The notes under the pieces: model-generated
Seen by the model: only the letters and a program-made list of their open reading frames with translations
Told to the model about the DNA's origin: nothing
Databases searched by the model: none
From: an uncultured delta proteobacterium
GTDB lineage: Bacteria; Myxococcota; UBA727; VGSZ01
Length of the DNA stretch: 64,000 nucleotides
Assembly: GCA_963775425.1 (NCBI GenBank)
Contig: CAVZJB010000013.1
Location: 192,001 to 256,000, forward strand
Direction: 5' to 3'
Shown here: positions 53,301-60,811 of the stretch, one piece after another
Position numbering within the stretch: position 1 is the stretch's first letter
Layout of the letters: every line of letters starts with the position of its first letter
Translations under genes and position numbers: made by a program

Positions 53301-56240
53301 GTAGCGCATGACCACGTTCGACGCGCTGGAGCCTAGGCCCGAGTAGCTCACGGCGACGTTGACGGTGACGTTGTCGCCGCTGTGGGGCGTGGACGGGCTG
53401 ACGGCGTTGATGCTCCCGTAGACGTCGTCGCACCCGGCGGTGCCCGCGATGCCGGGCGGCGGCGTGAAGGGGCAGGAGGTGGGGCTGATGACCGGCTGCG
53501 AGCCCGGGCGCAGGAAGATGGGGCCGTACAGGTCGTTGCTGCTGTCGGCGTCGTTGCCGTCGATGGCGAGGAAGATCGCGCTGGCGCCGCCCTCCCACGG
53601 CTCGGCGCCGGGGGAGAGGATCGCGTCGGCGGCGTTCACCGGCACCTCGACGACGGCCGACGCGCCCGCCGCGAGCGCGGGGAGGTCGACGCTCTCGTAG
53701 ATGGGATCGCTCGCGAGGTTCGGCGGCGTGGCGTTGAAGCGACCGACGCTGTCGAGCAGGGCGGGGGCGAGGTACACGTCGACGACGGCGGCGTTGGCGG
53801 CGGTGCCGCCGCCGTTTTTGATCTCGACCTGGAACGTGGTGGGCCCCTTGGGGTCGGCGCCGAGCTCGATGCCCTCTTCGAACAAGGGGTGCACCTGCAC
53901 CGAGCCGCCGATGGGGAGGCTGCGGCCGAGGTCGAGGTTGGTGACGTACTGCTTGTAGGGGAACTGCGTGTTGGTCTGACGGAAGTCGTTCATGTGCGCC
54001 TGGACGAACAGGCGCGGCTCGTAGTCGATGTGGGCGAGCGGCTTCTCCTCGCGCATCTCGCGCACGTACAGATCGGCGCCCGACGGCGGCGTCGGCGCGT
54101 TCAGCACCGGCAGGACGAGGTAGAAGTCGCCGTTGGGATCGGGCGAGGCCGCGGAGCGCAAGCGCCAGAACGTCGTGGCCGACGTGCTCACGAGGTCGTA
54201 CGGGATGTCCCAGCGGAATTCGCCGGCGCTCGAGACGGTGGGCGCCACCGACGGCAGCGCGGTGGTGCAGGTGGTGTCGAGGGCGCTGGAGCAGCGCGCG
54301 ACCGAGAGGGTGCCGAGCGCGTTCAAGCGCGTGAGGTCGAAGGTGACCACCTGGCCCTCGCGGTAGCGGGAGGTCTGGGGGCCGCGGGCCGGGCCGAAGG
54401 TCTCGCTGACGTCGCAGGTGGGCTTGCTGCTCTCGAGATCGGGGTTGCCGTTGAAGCCGAAGTTCTGCGGCTCCTTGCAGTCGCGGTTCGGGTAGGTCTG
54501 CTCCGCCGCGCACTCGCCGTAGGGGTCGTAGAAGAGGTCGTTGGCGCCGCGCACGAACAAGAAGCTCGACGTGGAAAACGACGTGCTGGTGTCGTCGTCC
54601 ACCGCCGACGTCAGCGCGCGATCGTCCTGATGCGCGAACAGGTGCGCGATCTGACGCGTGATGATGGCGAACGGGAACGTGAAGTTGTTGCGCGCCGGGT
54701 TGGCGCCGAACACCGTGCCCTCGGGCGTGTCGACCATGGTGAAGTTCGCGCCGCCGTCGCTCTCGGTGAGGCGCCGGCAGGCGTTGGTGCCGTCGGGCGC
54801 GTAGTCGGCGCTGGAGCCCGAGCAGTTCGGCGACGGGTCGGTGACCGTGCCGGCGTAGCTGGTCTGCGAGTAGAACCGGGTGTTGGAGGAGAAGTTGTCG
54901 AGGTGCCACGCGTCGAAGCCGTCGCACGAGCCGTAGGTGAGCTGGCGCTGACACATGCCGCTGTCGCACGCGTCGAGGCCGACGTTCGTGCAGTCGCTGT
55001 CGACGGAGCAGGTGTCGGTGAAGGGCCCGTATGTCTGGCCGCTGGCCACGGTGGCGTCGGCGCTCCACGAGGGCGCGCCGACGAAGTTGAGGCCGCCCGG
55101 CGGCTGCACCACGTGCAGCGTCCAGGTCTGCGAGACGGTGGGCACGGTGCTCGGGGTGGTGACCTCGACGAAGTAGCTGGAGATGCCGAAGAAGAGGGAG
55201 CCTCCCTGGCGCACGCGCACGAAGTTGGCGCCGGCGGTGGTCGGCGTGTAGGTGACGGACGCGCAGGTGTTGGTGCGGTTGTCGTCCGCGGACGCGAGCT
55301 GGGTCTGGCCGTCCGCGGAGAACACCTCGATGGCGGTGTCGATGGAGCTGCAGCCGGTGCCGCCGTCCGAGGACGTGCGCACCGTGACGGGCTGGTTGGC
55401 GAGGACGTTGTAGCGGAAGAAGTCGACGTCGGCGCCGTTCAGGAGGCTCGCCCGCAGCGGCACGCCCGACGCGAGCGGGTTGGCGCCCGCGCTCGTGTCG
55501 TTGTCTTCGCCCTCCACGGTCTGCGACACGCGCGCCTTGAAGGTCCAATCGCCGAGCGTGCCCGCGGGCGGCTGCGCCGTGATGAAGGCGCCGTCGTTGC
55601 CGAAGGCGTCGGTGGTGGTGAGGCCGATCCAGGGCGGCAGCGTGGGGGGCGAGCAGGTGTTGCCGCTGCTGCACGACACGAGCTCGATGAGCTCGTCGGC
55701 GGAGGACGCGAAGTCTACGCGCGTGTTGTAGGCGTAGAAGGGGATGATGAGCGGGTGCGTGTCCGCCACGCCGAACGTCATCGGGTTCATCTCGAGCGAC
55801 GCGGGGCTCTCCGGCTTCACCACGTTGACGATGAAGTCGTCCTGATCGCACTGGTTGAGAGCGCCGCCGCAAGCGCGCACGACGAGGCAGTGCTTGCCCG
55901 CCTGGCCGCGCGAAAAGAAGCGCGACCACGTGAGCGTGGTGGCGGTGGTGCCGCTCGTGGACGACAGGTGCAGCCCGGCGGCGTGGTTGGTGGAGCCGAT
56001 GCCGGCGGTGCAGTCGTTGGTGGTGCCCGAAAACGGCTGCTCGCGGATGCTCCACGTCGCCGTGCCGCTCGCGGTGAAGGTGTGGCTGAAGGACGCGCCC
56101 GCCGTGAGCGTGAGCGTGCCGACGTCCGCCGACGTGATCGTCACCCCGTTGGACGCGGCGTGCAGCGGCGCGCCGAAGAGGAACGCCATCACCATCGCCA
56201 ACCGCAACGCTGTCTTCACTCCCCTCGACGCCACGCTCAC
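41277..56240 (-). CDS. Giant (4987 aa) surface protein: signal peptide, PPC-like and CARDB-like domains, ~30+ cadherin-like/putative Ig repeats, Ca-binding DxDxDG motifs, ~5 FN3/Ig-like repeats, GE linker, MYXO-CTERM-like anchor
   Basis: Recurrent VNDAP/VNRAP..ATDxDGD..LTF..FSWTP units of ~95-100 aa; DEDADGLPDTWE..DPDGDGIVNLDEF; [15 protein letters not shown]; SCGCTGGGGGSEAAVALVALLALLRRR. Confidence 0.92.
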   Translation of the reverse strand: MSVASRGVKTALRLAMVMAFLFGAPLHAASNGVTITSADVGTLTLTAGASFSHTFTASGTATWSIREQPFSGTTNDCTAGIGSTNHAAGLHLSSTSGTTATTLTWSRFFSRGQAGKHCLVVRACGGALNQCDQDDFIVNVVKPESPASLEMNPMTFGVADTHPLIIPFYAYNTRVDFASSADELIELVSCSSGNTCSPPTLPPWIGLTTTDAFGNDGAFITAQPPAGTLGDWTFKARVSQTVEGEDNDTSAGANPLASGVPLRASLLNGADVDFFRYNVLANQPVTVRTSSDGGTGCSSIDTAIEVFSADGQTQLASADDNRTNTCASVTYTPTTAGANFVRVRQGGSLFFGISSYFVEVTTPSTVPTVSQTWTLHVVQPPGGLNFVGAPSWSADATVASGQTYGPFTDTCSVDSDCTNVGLDACDSGMCQRQLTYGSCDGFDAWHLDNFSSNTRFYSQTSYAGTVTDPSPNCSGSSADYAPDGTNACRRLTESDGGANFTMVDTPEGTVFGANPARNNFTFPFAIITRQIAHLFAHQDDRALTSAVDDDTSTSFSTSSFLFVRGANDLFYDPYGECAAEQTYPNRDCKEPQNFGFNGNPDLESSKPTCDVSETFGPARGPQTSRYREGQVVTFDLTRLNALGTLSVARCSSALDTTCTTALPSVAPTVSSAGEFRWDIPYDLVSTSATTFWRLRSAASPDPNGDFYLVLPVLNAPTPPSGADLYVREMREEKPLAHIDYEPRLFVQAHMNDFRQTNTQFPYKQYVTNLDLGRSLPIGGSVQVHPLFEEGIELGADPKGPTTFQVEIKNGGGTAANAAVVDVYLAPALLDSVGRFNATPPNLASDPIYESVDLPALAAGASAVVEVPVNAADAILSPGAEPWEGGASAIFLAIDGNDADSSNDLYGPIFLRPGSQPVISPTSCPFTPPPGIAGTAGCDDVYGSINAVSPSTPHSGDNVTVNVAVSYSGLGSSASNVVMRYFKDLATAPTTSTTCTSSNCEALTDTSVPAGTSGPVGFNFTARLTNIQKPAASDDAFNSWVVIDATDVITETGGNEGNNVLPGVTPFKLVIHNSAPAVTNVSSTSATEDVVYAPTVTVSEPDQVDRAGLVFSLPTKPTGMTISSGSTCGSNVCATLSWTPTDAQAAAGTQAVQVKVCDQDPVDPLCATHDFAVSVTRVNDAPVVTLGSPPSTATEGTQYSHTLSATDEEGPVTWSITGQPAGGGATLTSATGSSTTVLWTPDDAAVAATAGVLSTTITVTATDNGTPSPTKTSSGVITIDTVTNVNDAPVLGAASNTSATEDATFTSDLNFGDADVDTAGIAQTLTCSAGSGSPSWATVSLVSGPRRCRITGSPGDADVGTSTVKVEASDGVTTTTVDVAVDVANINDAPVLGAPSATTATEDGAFTSDLAFSDADVDVSGLTQTLTCAFNGGHPAWLSVALVGSGGSRACELTGTPGDGDITSGTSVTIDASDGIATASRSFSLKVNNINDAPVLGAASNTTATEDAPFSSTLAVSDADIDVSGIAQTLTCSLGGTPPAWLSVSTQTVPSNACVLSGTPGDADVPTSPVTVTVQVSDGTDSDSAGVDITIANVNDAPVLGAPSSTAATEGSGFVSDLSFSDADVDVSGLAQTLTCALSGTPPSWLSVTRVDTPTRRCRVTGTPDDADLPSSGTTITVVASDGTASDSQSFAVTITNVNDAPVLGAPSTTAATEDAPFSSTLSFGDADVDAGGLSQTLTCSKQSGPAWVSVTRQDTPTRACKLSGTPTNSDVTSAVAVTVAASDGIATTTSTFDLSVENVNDAPVITAVNGQSPGSTLSFNVDEGQTLAFAVAAVDVDVGDTITFSFDAAPTFSDASLDPATGDFTLNAGFDESGSYVVTFVVTDVDGEADSVDVGIDVNEVNRAPVFSSTPSTSVDEDTTFSYDADATDPDGQAVTFSLAAAPGGMTIDGVSGLLTWVPQNADVGPHTVTVRASDGAAHTDQTFTLTVVNVNDAPVFTSTPPTSATEGVPLSYTATAADVDVGASLTFAATTLPSWLSFDTGTHVLSGTPDDPDVGDNDVVLTVSDGIAAPVEQSFTVTVQNVNDAPTFTATPGAAVTVAEGAVLTFDLDASDPDGPSALSFSMLSQPTGSSLDAASGVFSWTPGFSDAGVRSVTLQVTDGVATTQQALTITVTNTDRPPTCAVSPTSAVVDEGATVTLNVTGVDLDGDAVTLSSVSLPAGSSFTAATGVFSWTPGFADAGGAVASFRASAGGVDSVACSASITVNDVNQAPVLGAPSSTSATQGQLFQATLTASDVDLATAPSGEVLTFSRQSPSPSSMTVTKLDATTVRLDWTPAANEVGTQTVTIRVTDHLGLTDERSFNVTVANVNDAPVFTSTAPTAATEDSAFSYTATASDADQFLGDTLTFSVVGALPGWLTFNASTHVLSGTPRQADVGAAGNAVTLRVTDGQGAQVDQSFTLNVANVNDAPVLDAIGNKSVNEQELLTFTVTASDEDGTTPTLSASPLPSGATFNATSGVFSWTPSSSQSGLFNVTFTASDGALSDSEVVQIAVGNVDRPPAIAPIGDKSVDEGAPLTISVTATDPDGDAVTLSAAGLAGSDPFLRGATFSSSPGSGAGTFSWTPSFTDAGTFVVTFTASANGATDEEVVVITVADVNRAPVFTSPPTPTTDLSGSEGALLTFDMDATDADGDALGFDVSPLPSGATVDASTGVFSWTPSFTQAGTVNVTLSVTDGKDTTTRAIALVVANTDRAPTVTAPASQTVAEGGTLSFTVTGADADGDTVTLGAVSLPSGASFNASTGAFSFTPSFAQQGTTSATFRAAAGGLTTDATTSITVTNVNQPPALAAPASTSATQGVLFSQTLDATDGDLAAPGDTLTFTKQSGPAALTVTQVDADTARVDWTPGPGDVNPPSVQVVVRVTDAAGASFDRSFTVTVQNVNDAPVLAQPADGSVTQGQTFNATLSATDADRDAGLSDALTFTLPTAPAGMTVDGATGAVTWVTGASDVGAHGVTARVTDASGAFDERSFTVTVIDVNDPPVFASAAPTAGTQGALFSYTPTASDPDTGDTLTFSAPVLPAWLTFNAATHVLSGTPGQADVGPSSVTLRVTDAGGLFASQSFVVDVADVNDAPVLAPIGPKSVAEGATLTFNVTATDPDGTAPTLSATGLPPGASFTAATGVFSWATGFGDAGSFDVTFTASDGALSDSEVVTISVGDVNRAPSLTAIGDKSVDEGATLTFTVNASDPDVGDALTFSATGGVLDPFAAGATFNAATRAFSFSPSFAAAGVYHATFKVTDAGGLFAQETIAVTVVDVNRAPVFTATPPTITNEDAPFSYTAAASDPDGDALSWSLDTAPAGMTVAALTGVLSYAPQNADVGDHAVSVRVQDGRGGSATQSFTLTVVNTNDPPTFTSTPPTTATEDVPYAYTAAAADVDAGAVLTFSAPTLPSFLTFNAATHVLSGTPGEGVSGAQAVVLRVTDDAGASVDQSFSVTVTPVNDPPVLVAPTPSGTLTVAEGATLTFTIAATDVDSPTLTYGVSGLPAGASIDAQSGVFTWTPGFDDAGAHAMTLFADDGAATATRAVTVDVQNTDRPPVITVPGAQSVNEGATLSFAVSAGDPDGDAVTLTLASGPGALAAGVYSYSPGFDEAGAQTASFHAVSGGLSADASVPITVVDVNRAPLFTSTPGTTATEGQLFSYAITTSDPDGDAVTVTLQSGPTGVTIAAGALSWTPSGSQTGPQVFTLLASDGRGGTVTQSFTVDVTAVNDPPVFTSSPVTTAVEDQQYAYTARATDPDGDPITFAVVSGPAGLTVGATTGQVLYTPQNADVGDHAVTLSASDPNGGSATQSFTITVSNVNDAPVILANPAPPATVLQDATFDWQPAVQDVDVGDSVTLSITTGPPGMTVSAGHVTWVPGNDDVGDHPVTVRAQDLAGAFATRSFTVTVVNKNDAPFFTSAPVSTTVAEGDVFVTTLFADDIDVGDSLIFSLLGAPGAATLLPSADGSIVLRFAPDDPEVGDVSFTLRVEDAAGAFADLPVHFTVTPVNDAPVLSPVGNQSADVGSELVISLAATDADGDPLTFSDQNAPAASTLNAGVFRWTPGVGDVGAVDVTFTVSDGVLTDSETITIVVGGGPVPPSLVVPADAVVDEGVRLSATVTATDPNTPPSTVTLSATDLPPGATFSTTAGVFEWIPTFDQAGGYTVTFTATANGVATSRTWNVTVRDVNRAPTANPALFASATEGTELVLPLEASDPDGDTLTFAEVSGPAGVTFDAAGALHFTPAFADVGLRTVRVRVSDTSGASVVIDVTVVTAFKDEDADGLPDTWEIQFGLDPTQPDPPDPDGDGIVNLDEFLGGTDPFVSNAPTPPALLAPADGLHVATATPTLSWRGSSDPDGDPVTYSVIVFAAGGSPDAPLERVDGLVTDADDTGSYTVTTQLAENGTFSWLVIATDGRGNTPSVETRDFFVDVVNDPPPAPTLLEPLDGEVVTVASPTFVVGGVVDPDGDEVFYRFRLRAFPGDTPVATSELVPAVNGLATFTLTSVLPDQSAWFWDVESVDARGLAGGVGGPSRFTVDLLNQPPPAPEILAPADGEVVTVSDPLLRAGEVADPEGLAVTYRVELDSTPLFAPLTTQVFTDLTASGGEVSLQPGTLVDGTYHWRIRASDGSTFSEASSASFVVDTLNEPPPAPPLVAPLDNSLVQAPVSLVAQTVVDVEGAALTYTFEVSDAVSGDVVASVPGVVDADDGAVDGSVSVDVSDGLVPGARYAWRVFAVEAGGLSSAPGEERHFRLVSDNQRPLAPRLVSPLVNEIVTTATPVLRFEEPVDPDGDAVTSEVDVFSGSALVFHAGPLGASAGVVEVTLPALADGAYTWRARGSDLAGPGPFASSTFTVAAAAEGEGEGEGDVGEGEGEGEGDVGEGEGEGEGDDGSPIVTDVGAKLKIAPPSCGCTGGGGGSEAAVALVALLALLRRRPSSAALRHSRRDGVRR

Positions 56241-56381
56241 CCCCGGGTCAAACAGCCTAACGCGCTCGCCGCGAATGTCGTCGGGCGGACACCGGTGACG
56301 ACGTGATCCTCGTCAGTGTGCTCCCGCGACCGACCCCCTGTTTCGGGGGGTTGCCATCCGGGATCGCGCCTCCTGACGTCG

Positions 56382-59300
56382 TCAGCGCAAGCGCACGAAC
56401 AATGCGCCACCCGGTCCATTGGCGAACACAAGGCCTCGCGCCGACGCATCGATGCTCGTTGCTTGCGCGAGGTTCGGGAACGTCAGCACCGCGCGCAGCG
56501 CGTCGGGCGGCTCCGCCGCCGAGATGTCGACGAGCTGCGTGGCGACGCCGGTGTTCACGGCGAGCAGTTGACGAACGCCGCTGATGGCGAGGAAGCGCGC
56601 GGCGGGATCGGTGACCACCGCGGCGGCGCCCTGCTCCACGTCGAACACGCCGCTCACGTCGACGCCCGCGACGTCGTTCACGGCGCTGGCGAACAGGCGC
56701 CCGCGGCCGTCGCCCACGCGCGCGAGCGCGTCCACCTCCGACGGCGCGCCGGGCGCGCACGCCGCCGCGGGCGCCACCGCGGCGGCGGCGTCTTCGGTCA
56801 TGCCGTCGAGCTCCACCGCCGCCACGGCGAAGGGCTTCTCGCCGACGCGCGCGACGCCGCCCGACACGTCGAGGGCCGACACCCGCAAGGCGGCGCCGGC
56901 GAGGGTGACGGTGTCCACCGACGCCACGCGCGGCGCGCCGTCGTAACCGAGGTGCAGGCGCGCCACCACCGCCGGGCGGCACTCGGCCTGCGCGGGGTCT
57001 TGCGGGTGCACGGCGACGACGAGCGCGCTGCCCTCGCGCGCGGCGCGGGCGGCGGCCAGGGGCAGCACGTCGAAGGTCGCGTCGGCGTACGCGGCGCTCA
57101 CCGCGCCGGCGAGGGCGGTGTCGTCGACGACGGTGAGCACGCCGGCGCCGCGGGCGCCCTGGGGCGCGAACAGCACGCGCGCCTGATCGTCGACGGCGAG
57201 GAGGCCGCTCGGCGTGGGGACGAGCGCGAGGATGACGGCGTCGTCGGGAGCCGACGCGCGCTGCAGCTCGCTGCCGTCGGCGAGGCGCCACTCGGAGACG
57301 CTCGGGACGGCGCCGGCGCGCTCGAGCGTCCACGCGTAGGGCCCGTCCGCCGCGACCTCCGACACCGCGCCGGCGCCGAGCAGCGAGGTGGCGCTGCTCA
57401 CGAGCGGGAACGCGACGGTGTCCCAGCAGACGTCCTGGCGCGCGCCGCCGAGCTCGGCGTTGGCGCAGAAGCCGCCGTGCCGGGGAGTGAGCACCTCGAG
57501 GTCGGCCGCGCCGGCCGGCGGGAACGCGCGGCCGACGAGCTGCGGCGCGCCGGCGGCGGCGTCGTAGACGAAGACGCCGCCGGGGTCGCCGGCGGCGGGA
57601 TCGGCGGGCGAGCCCAGCACGAGCACGCGATCGTCCCAGCCGATGACGTCGGTGGCCTGCACGCCCGACGGCAACTGGAAGCGCACCGCGGCGGCGGGGC
57701 ACGGCTGCGCCGGGCACGCCCCGAGCGGGATGACGTCGACGGTGGACCCGCCCACGGCCCACACCTCGTCGTCGAGGATGCGCATGGCGCGCGGCGACGA
57801 CGACAGCCCCGCGGTGCCGAGCACCGTGCCGGGCTGCGCGACCCGGAGGAGCTGCACCGTGAGGTCCGCGCGCGCCACGGCGATGAAGCCGTTTTGCACG
57901 GACACGCGCGTGACGGGCTCGCCGACGGCGGCGGCTGCGGGCGAGCCCGCGGTGTCCTCGAGGTCGAGCACGCGCACCCCTTCGGAGGTGCCGAGGACGA
58001 GGCCGCCGGTGAGCGGCGCGAGCGCGCGCACGTCGTCGCCGTCGATGCTCTCGGGCGCGCCGCTGACGGCGCCGCCGCCGTCGAGGTGCAGCACGTGGAC
58101 GCCGAGCGCGCCGCCGGCGCCGTAGACGGTGCGGCCGTCGACGACGACGTCGCTGCTCGGCAGATCGGAGAACGTCACCACCGCGCCCGACGGGTCTCGC
58201 ACGGCGAGGCCGGCGGCGCCGAGCGCCCACGCGGTGACGCCGTCGGCCTCGGAGACGGCGACGGCGCCGCCCACCGACGGCGGCGCCTCGTCGAGCAGGC
58301 GCGGCGTGACCTCGTCGGGGCGCACGCGCACGGGCGCGCTCCAACACGACGGGTTGCCGACGCCGTCGACGCTCGCCACCTGCACGAACAGATCGGTGCC
58401 GGGCAACAGCCCCGAGAGGATTCTGATCCGGCGACGTGGTCGACACCGGGCTCGGCCCCTCCACCGCGAAGGCGGCGATGTCGAAGTCGTCGCCGTCGGC
58501 GGAGGCAGGGCACGCGCCGGCGGGGCGCTCGCTCAAGCCGTACGACACGATCCAGCGCGCGGCGTCGAGGAACGCGTCGCGCTGGCACTCGGTGGTGTCG
58601 GCGACGCCGTCGCCGTTGGTGTCGACGCCGGCGGGGATGCCCCAACTGAGGATCACGCGATCCTCCGCCGCCGCCGCCTGCACCTCGCAGGGCACGGCGG
58701 GCGGGTCGGCGTCGAGGATGACGTTTTGCACCGCGGGGTCGCTGACGTTCCTGAGCGCGTCGACGGCGCGCACCTCGATGGTCCACAGGTCGCTCACGCC
58801 CGGCGACGGCGCGACGGTGGCGGGGACGGTGCAGACGCCGTCGACGCCGTCGGCGCCGTTGACGACGGTCTCCTGACGGACGCCGTCGCTCAAGGTCTGC
58901 GCCACCTGGTAGTGCAGCGCGGGGTCGCAGCCCGCGATGGTGACGGCGGGGAGCCCGACGCCGGCCGTGACGCGCAGGCTCGCGGGCAGGACGCCGAGCA
59001 CCGGGCGCGCCGGCGGCGCGGTGTTGACGCCGCACAAAGTGCCGAGGTCGACGGTGCCGCCGGGCGGGACGTCGATGTTGCGCGGCACCGGGACGGCGAA
59101 GCCGTCGCGCAACAGCTCCACGCTGTAGGGCCCGGGCGGGACGTTGATGAACGCGAACTCGCCGGTGCTGCGGGTGGCCTGGCTCTGCGAGCGGACGGCG
59201 GTGGCGGCGTCGCCGGCGGCCAACGCGCGCAGCACGATTCTCGAAGCCCGCGTGATCGCCGTCGACGACGTTGCAGAAGCTCGGCTCGGGGACGCAGCAC

Positions 59301-59521
59301 GGCGTGCTCGCCGGGTCGGCGAAGTCGCACAAGGGCGCGTCGTCGACCTCGCAGGCGACGCCCGTGCTCGGGTCCACCGGCGCCTTCACCGCCTGGATGA
59401 TGCCGCTGACCGTCCCCGGCGCCTGGAAGTCCGCGGGCGTCTCGGGGTCGAAGGGGTTGGTCGGCGCGCAGGCGACGCCGGCCGACGCCGCCGCCGCGAG
59501 GAAGATCACGTGGCGATGCAT
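56382..59521 (-). CDS. Large lipoprotein (~1045 aa if repaired): carboxypeptidase-regulatory-like, FN3-like and beta-propeller-like regions, interrupted by two +1 frameshifts
   Basis: MHRHVIFLAAAASAGVAC..NPFDP..GFE | IVLRAL..GEFAFINVPPGPYSV..PDQ | ILSGLLPGT..LFVRLR*. Removing one T at 59238-59239 and one at 58421-58422 gives one 3138-nt ORF. Confidence 0.75.
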
Positions 59522-59677
59522 AGCTGGCGAGTATGCCGCAAGGCTCCGCGCGGCGACGCCCCCCTGAATCGGGGGGTAGACACGCGCGGCACACCCTGCG
59601 CCGTCGGTGCTGCACCGCCCGCGCGGGTGTAGCCTCGCGTCGCATGGCGATCGCCAAGCGTGTCTGGTGGTTGAGCG

Positions 59678-60214
59678 GTGGCCATCGACGAGGAGCGCTT
59701 CGGCCCCGACGACGTCAGCCTCGCGTGGAAGAAGGAGTTCGAGGCCACCCACGGACGCATCGCCGTCGGCGTCCGCGAGTACGACCCCGGCGAAGACAAC
59801 GAGGAGCAGCCCGCGCACGCGCTGTTGACCCGCGGCATGGACCCCGACCACGTGAAGGCGATGCTCAAGGGCAGCCTCACGCTGCGCAGCGCCCCTGGTG
59901 ATCGCGTCCTCGCGCGGGGCGACGGCGGCGTGGTCGTCGGCGTCGTCGCCAAGGGCGTCGTCCACGTCGTCGTGAACGATCGCGTCATCGCCGCGCTCGG
60001 CCGCGGCGAGCCCTTCGGCGAGATGGCGTTCGCCACGGGCCAGCCCCGCACCGCCGACCTCGTCGCCGCGAGCCCGGGCACCGAGCTGTTGCAGTTCTCC
60101 CCGAGCGCGCTCGCGCACCTGCCGATGGCCGCGCAAGCCGCGCTCTGGAAGAACCTCTCGTGGTGCCTCGCGCGCCGCCTCGCGACGACGACGACGACGG
60201 CGGCGGCGCGATAG
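59678..60214 (+). CDS. Cyclic nucleotide-binding domain protein
   Basis: APGDRVLARGD, GVVAKGVVHV, LGRGEPFGEMAF..PRTADLVA (phosphate-binding cassette). Confidence 0.85.
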   Translation: MAIDEERFGPDDVSLAWKKEFEATHGRIAVGVREYDPGEDNEEQPAHALLTRGMDPDHVKAMLKGSLTLRSAPGDRVLARGDGGVVVGVVAKGVVHVVVNDRVIAALGRGEPFGEMAFATGQPRTADLVAASPGTELLQFSPSALAHLPMAAQAALWKNLSWCLARRLATTTTTAAAR

Positions 60215-60224
60215 TCGCGGCGCG

Positions 60225-60719
60225 CTACGCCACCGCGCGCGCGGCGACGTCGGCGGCGAAGCCGCGGCGCGCGAGCACGGCGAGGCCGCGCTTGGACTCA
60301 CGCACGCCGCGGCGGGCGAGCGTGACGCGCGCGGCGGCGAGCTCGGCGTCGGGGAGGGCGTCGACGGTCTTGAGGGCGCGCGCGGCGACGTCGTCGTCGA
60401 TGCCGTTCACGCGCAGGCGGCGCATGATCATGCCCCGCGACAGCCCGCGGCCGCGCCAGGCCTTGGCGCGCTTGATCGCGAGGCGCGCGTCGTCGAGGAG
60501 ACCCTCGCGCAGGCAGCGGGCGACGACGTCATCGATCCACGCGGACACCTCGGGCGGCCGCTGCGCCGGCGCCGCGCGGCGCACCCGCTGCTCGAGCGCG
60601 CGCCGCAGCCGCGCCACCGACATCGGCCGCCGCTGCAGGCGCCATCGCGCCGCTTTGTCGACGAAGTCCCGCGTGACGGGGTGAACGGTGACGATGCGGG
60701 TGCGGCGTGGCTGAACCAT
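60225..60719 (-). CDS. recX: RecX family regulatory protein
   Basis: [64 protein letters not shown]. Confidence 0.75.
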   Translation of the reverse strand: MVQPRRTRIVTVHPVTRDFVDKAARWRLQRRPMSVARLRRALEQRVRRAAPAQRPPEVSAWIDDVVARCLREGLLDDARLAIKRAKAWRGRGLSRGMIMRRLRVNGIDDDVAARALKTVDALPDAELAAARVTLARRGVRESKRGLAVLARRGFAADVAARAVA

Positions 60720-60811
60720 CCGTTGATGTAGCAATCGGCGCCGGCGAACGCAGCCCACGCACGCAGCCCACGCTCCGGAAGCGGCGCTCGCGTCGTCGTC
60801 GAAGGGCCCGC

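Noticed and set aside
41880-56306. Very long overlapping ORFs (2646 aa +, 1588 aa -, 974 aa +)
   Set aside because: Shadow frames of the giant gene in high-GC DNA; Arg/Gly-rich with no motifs.
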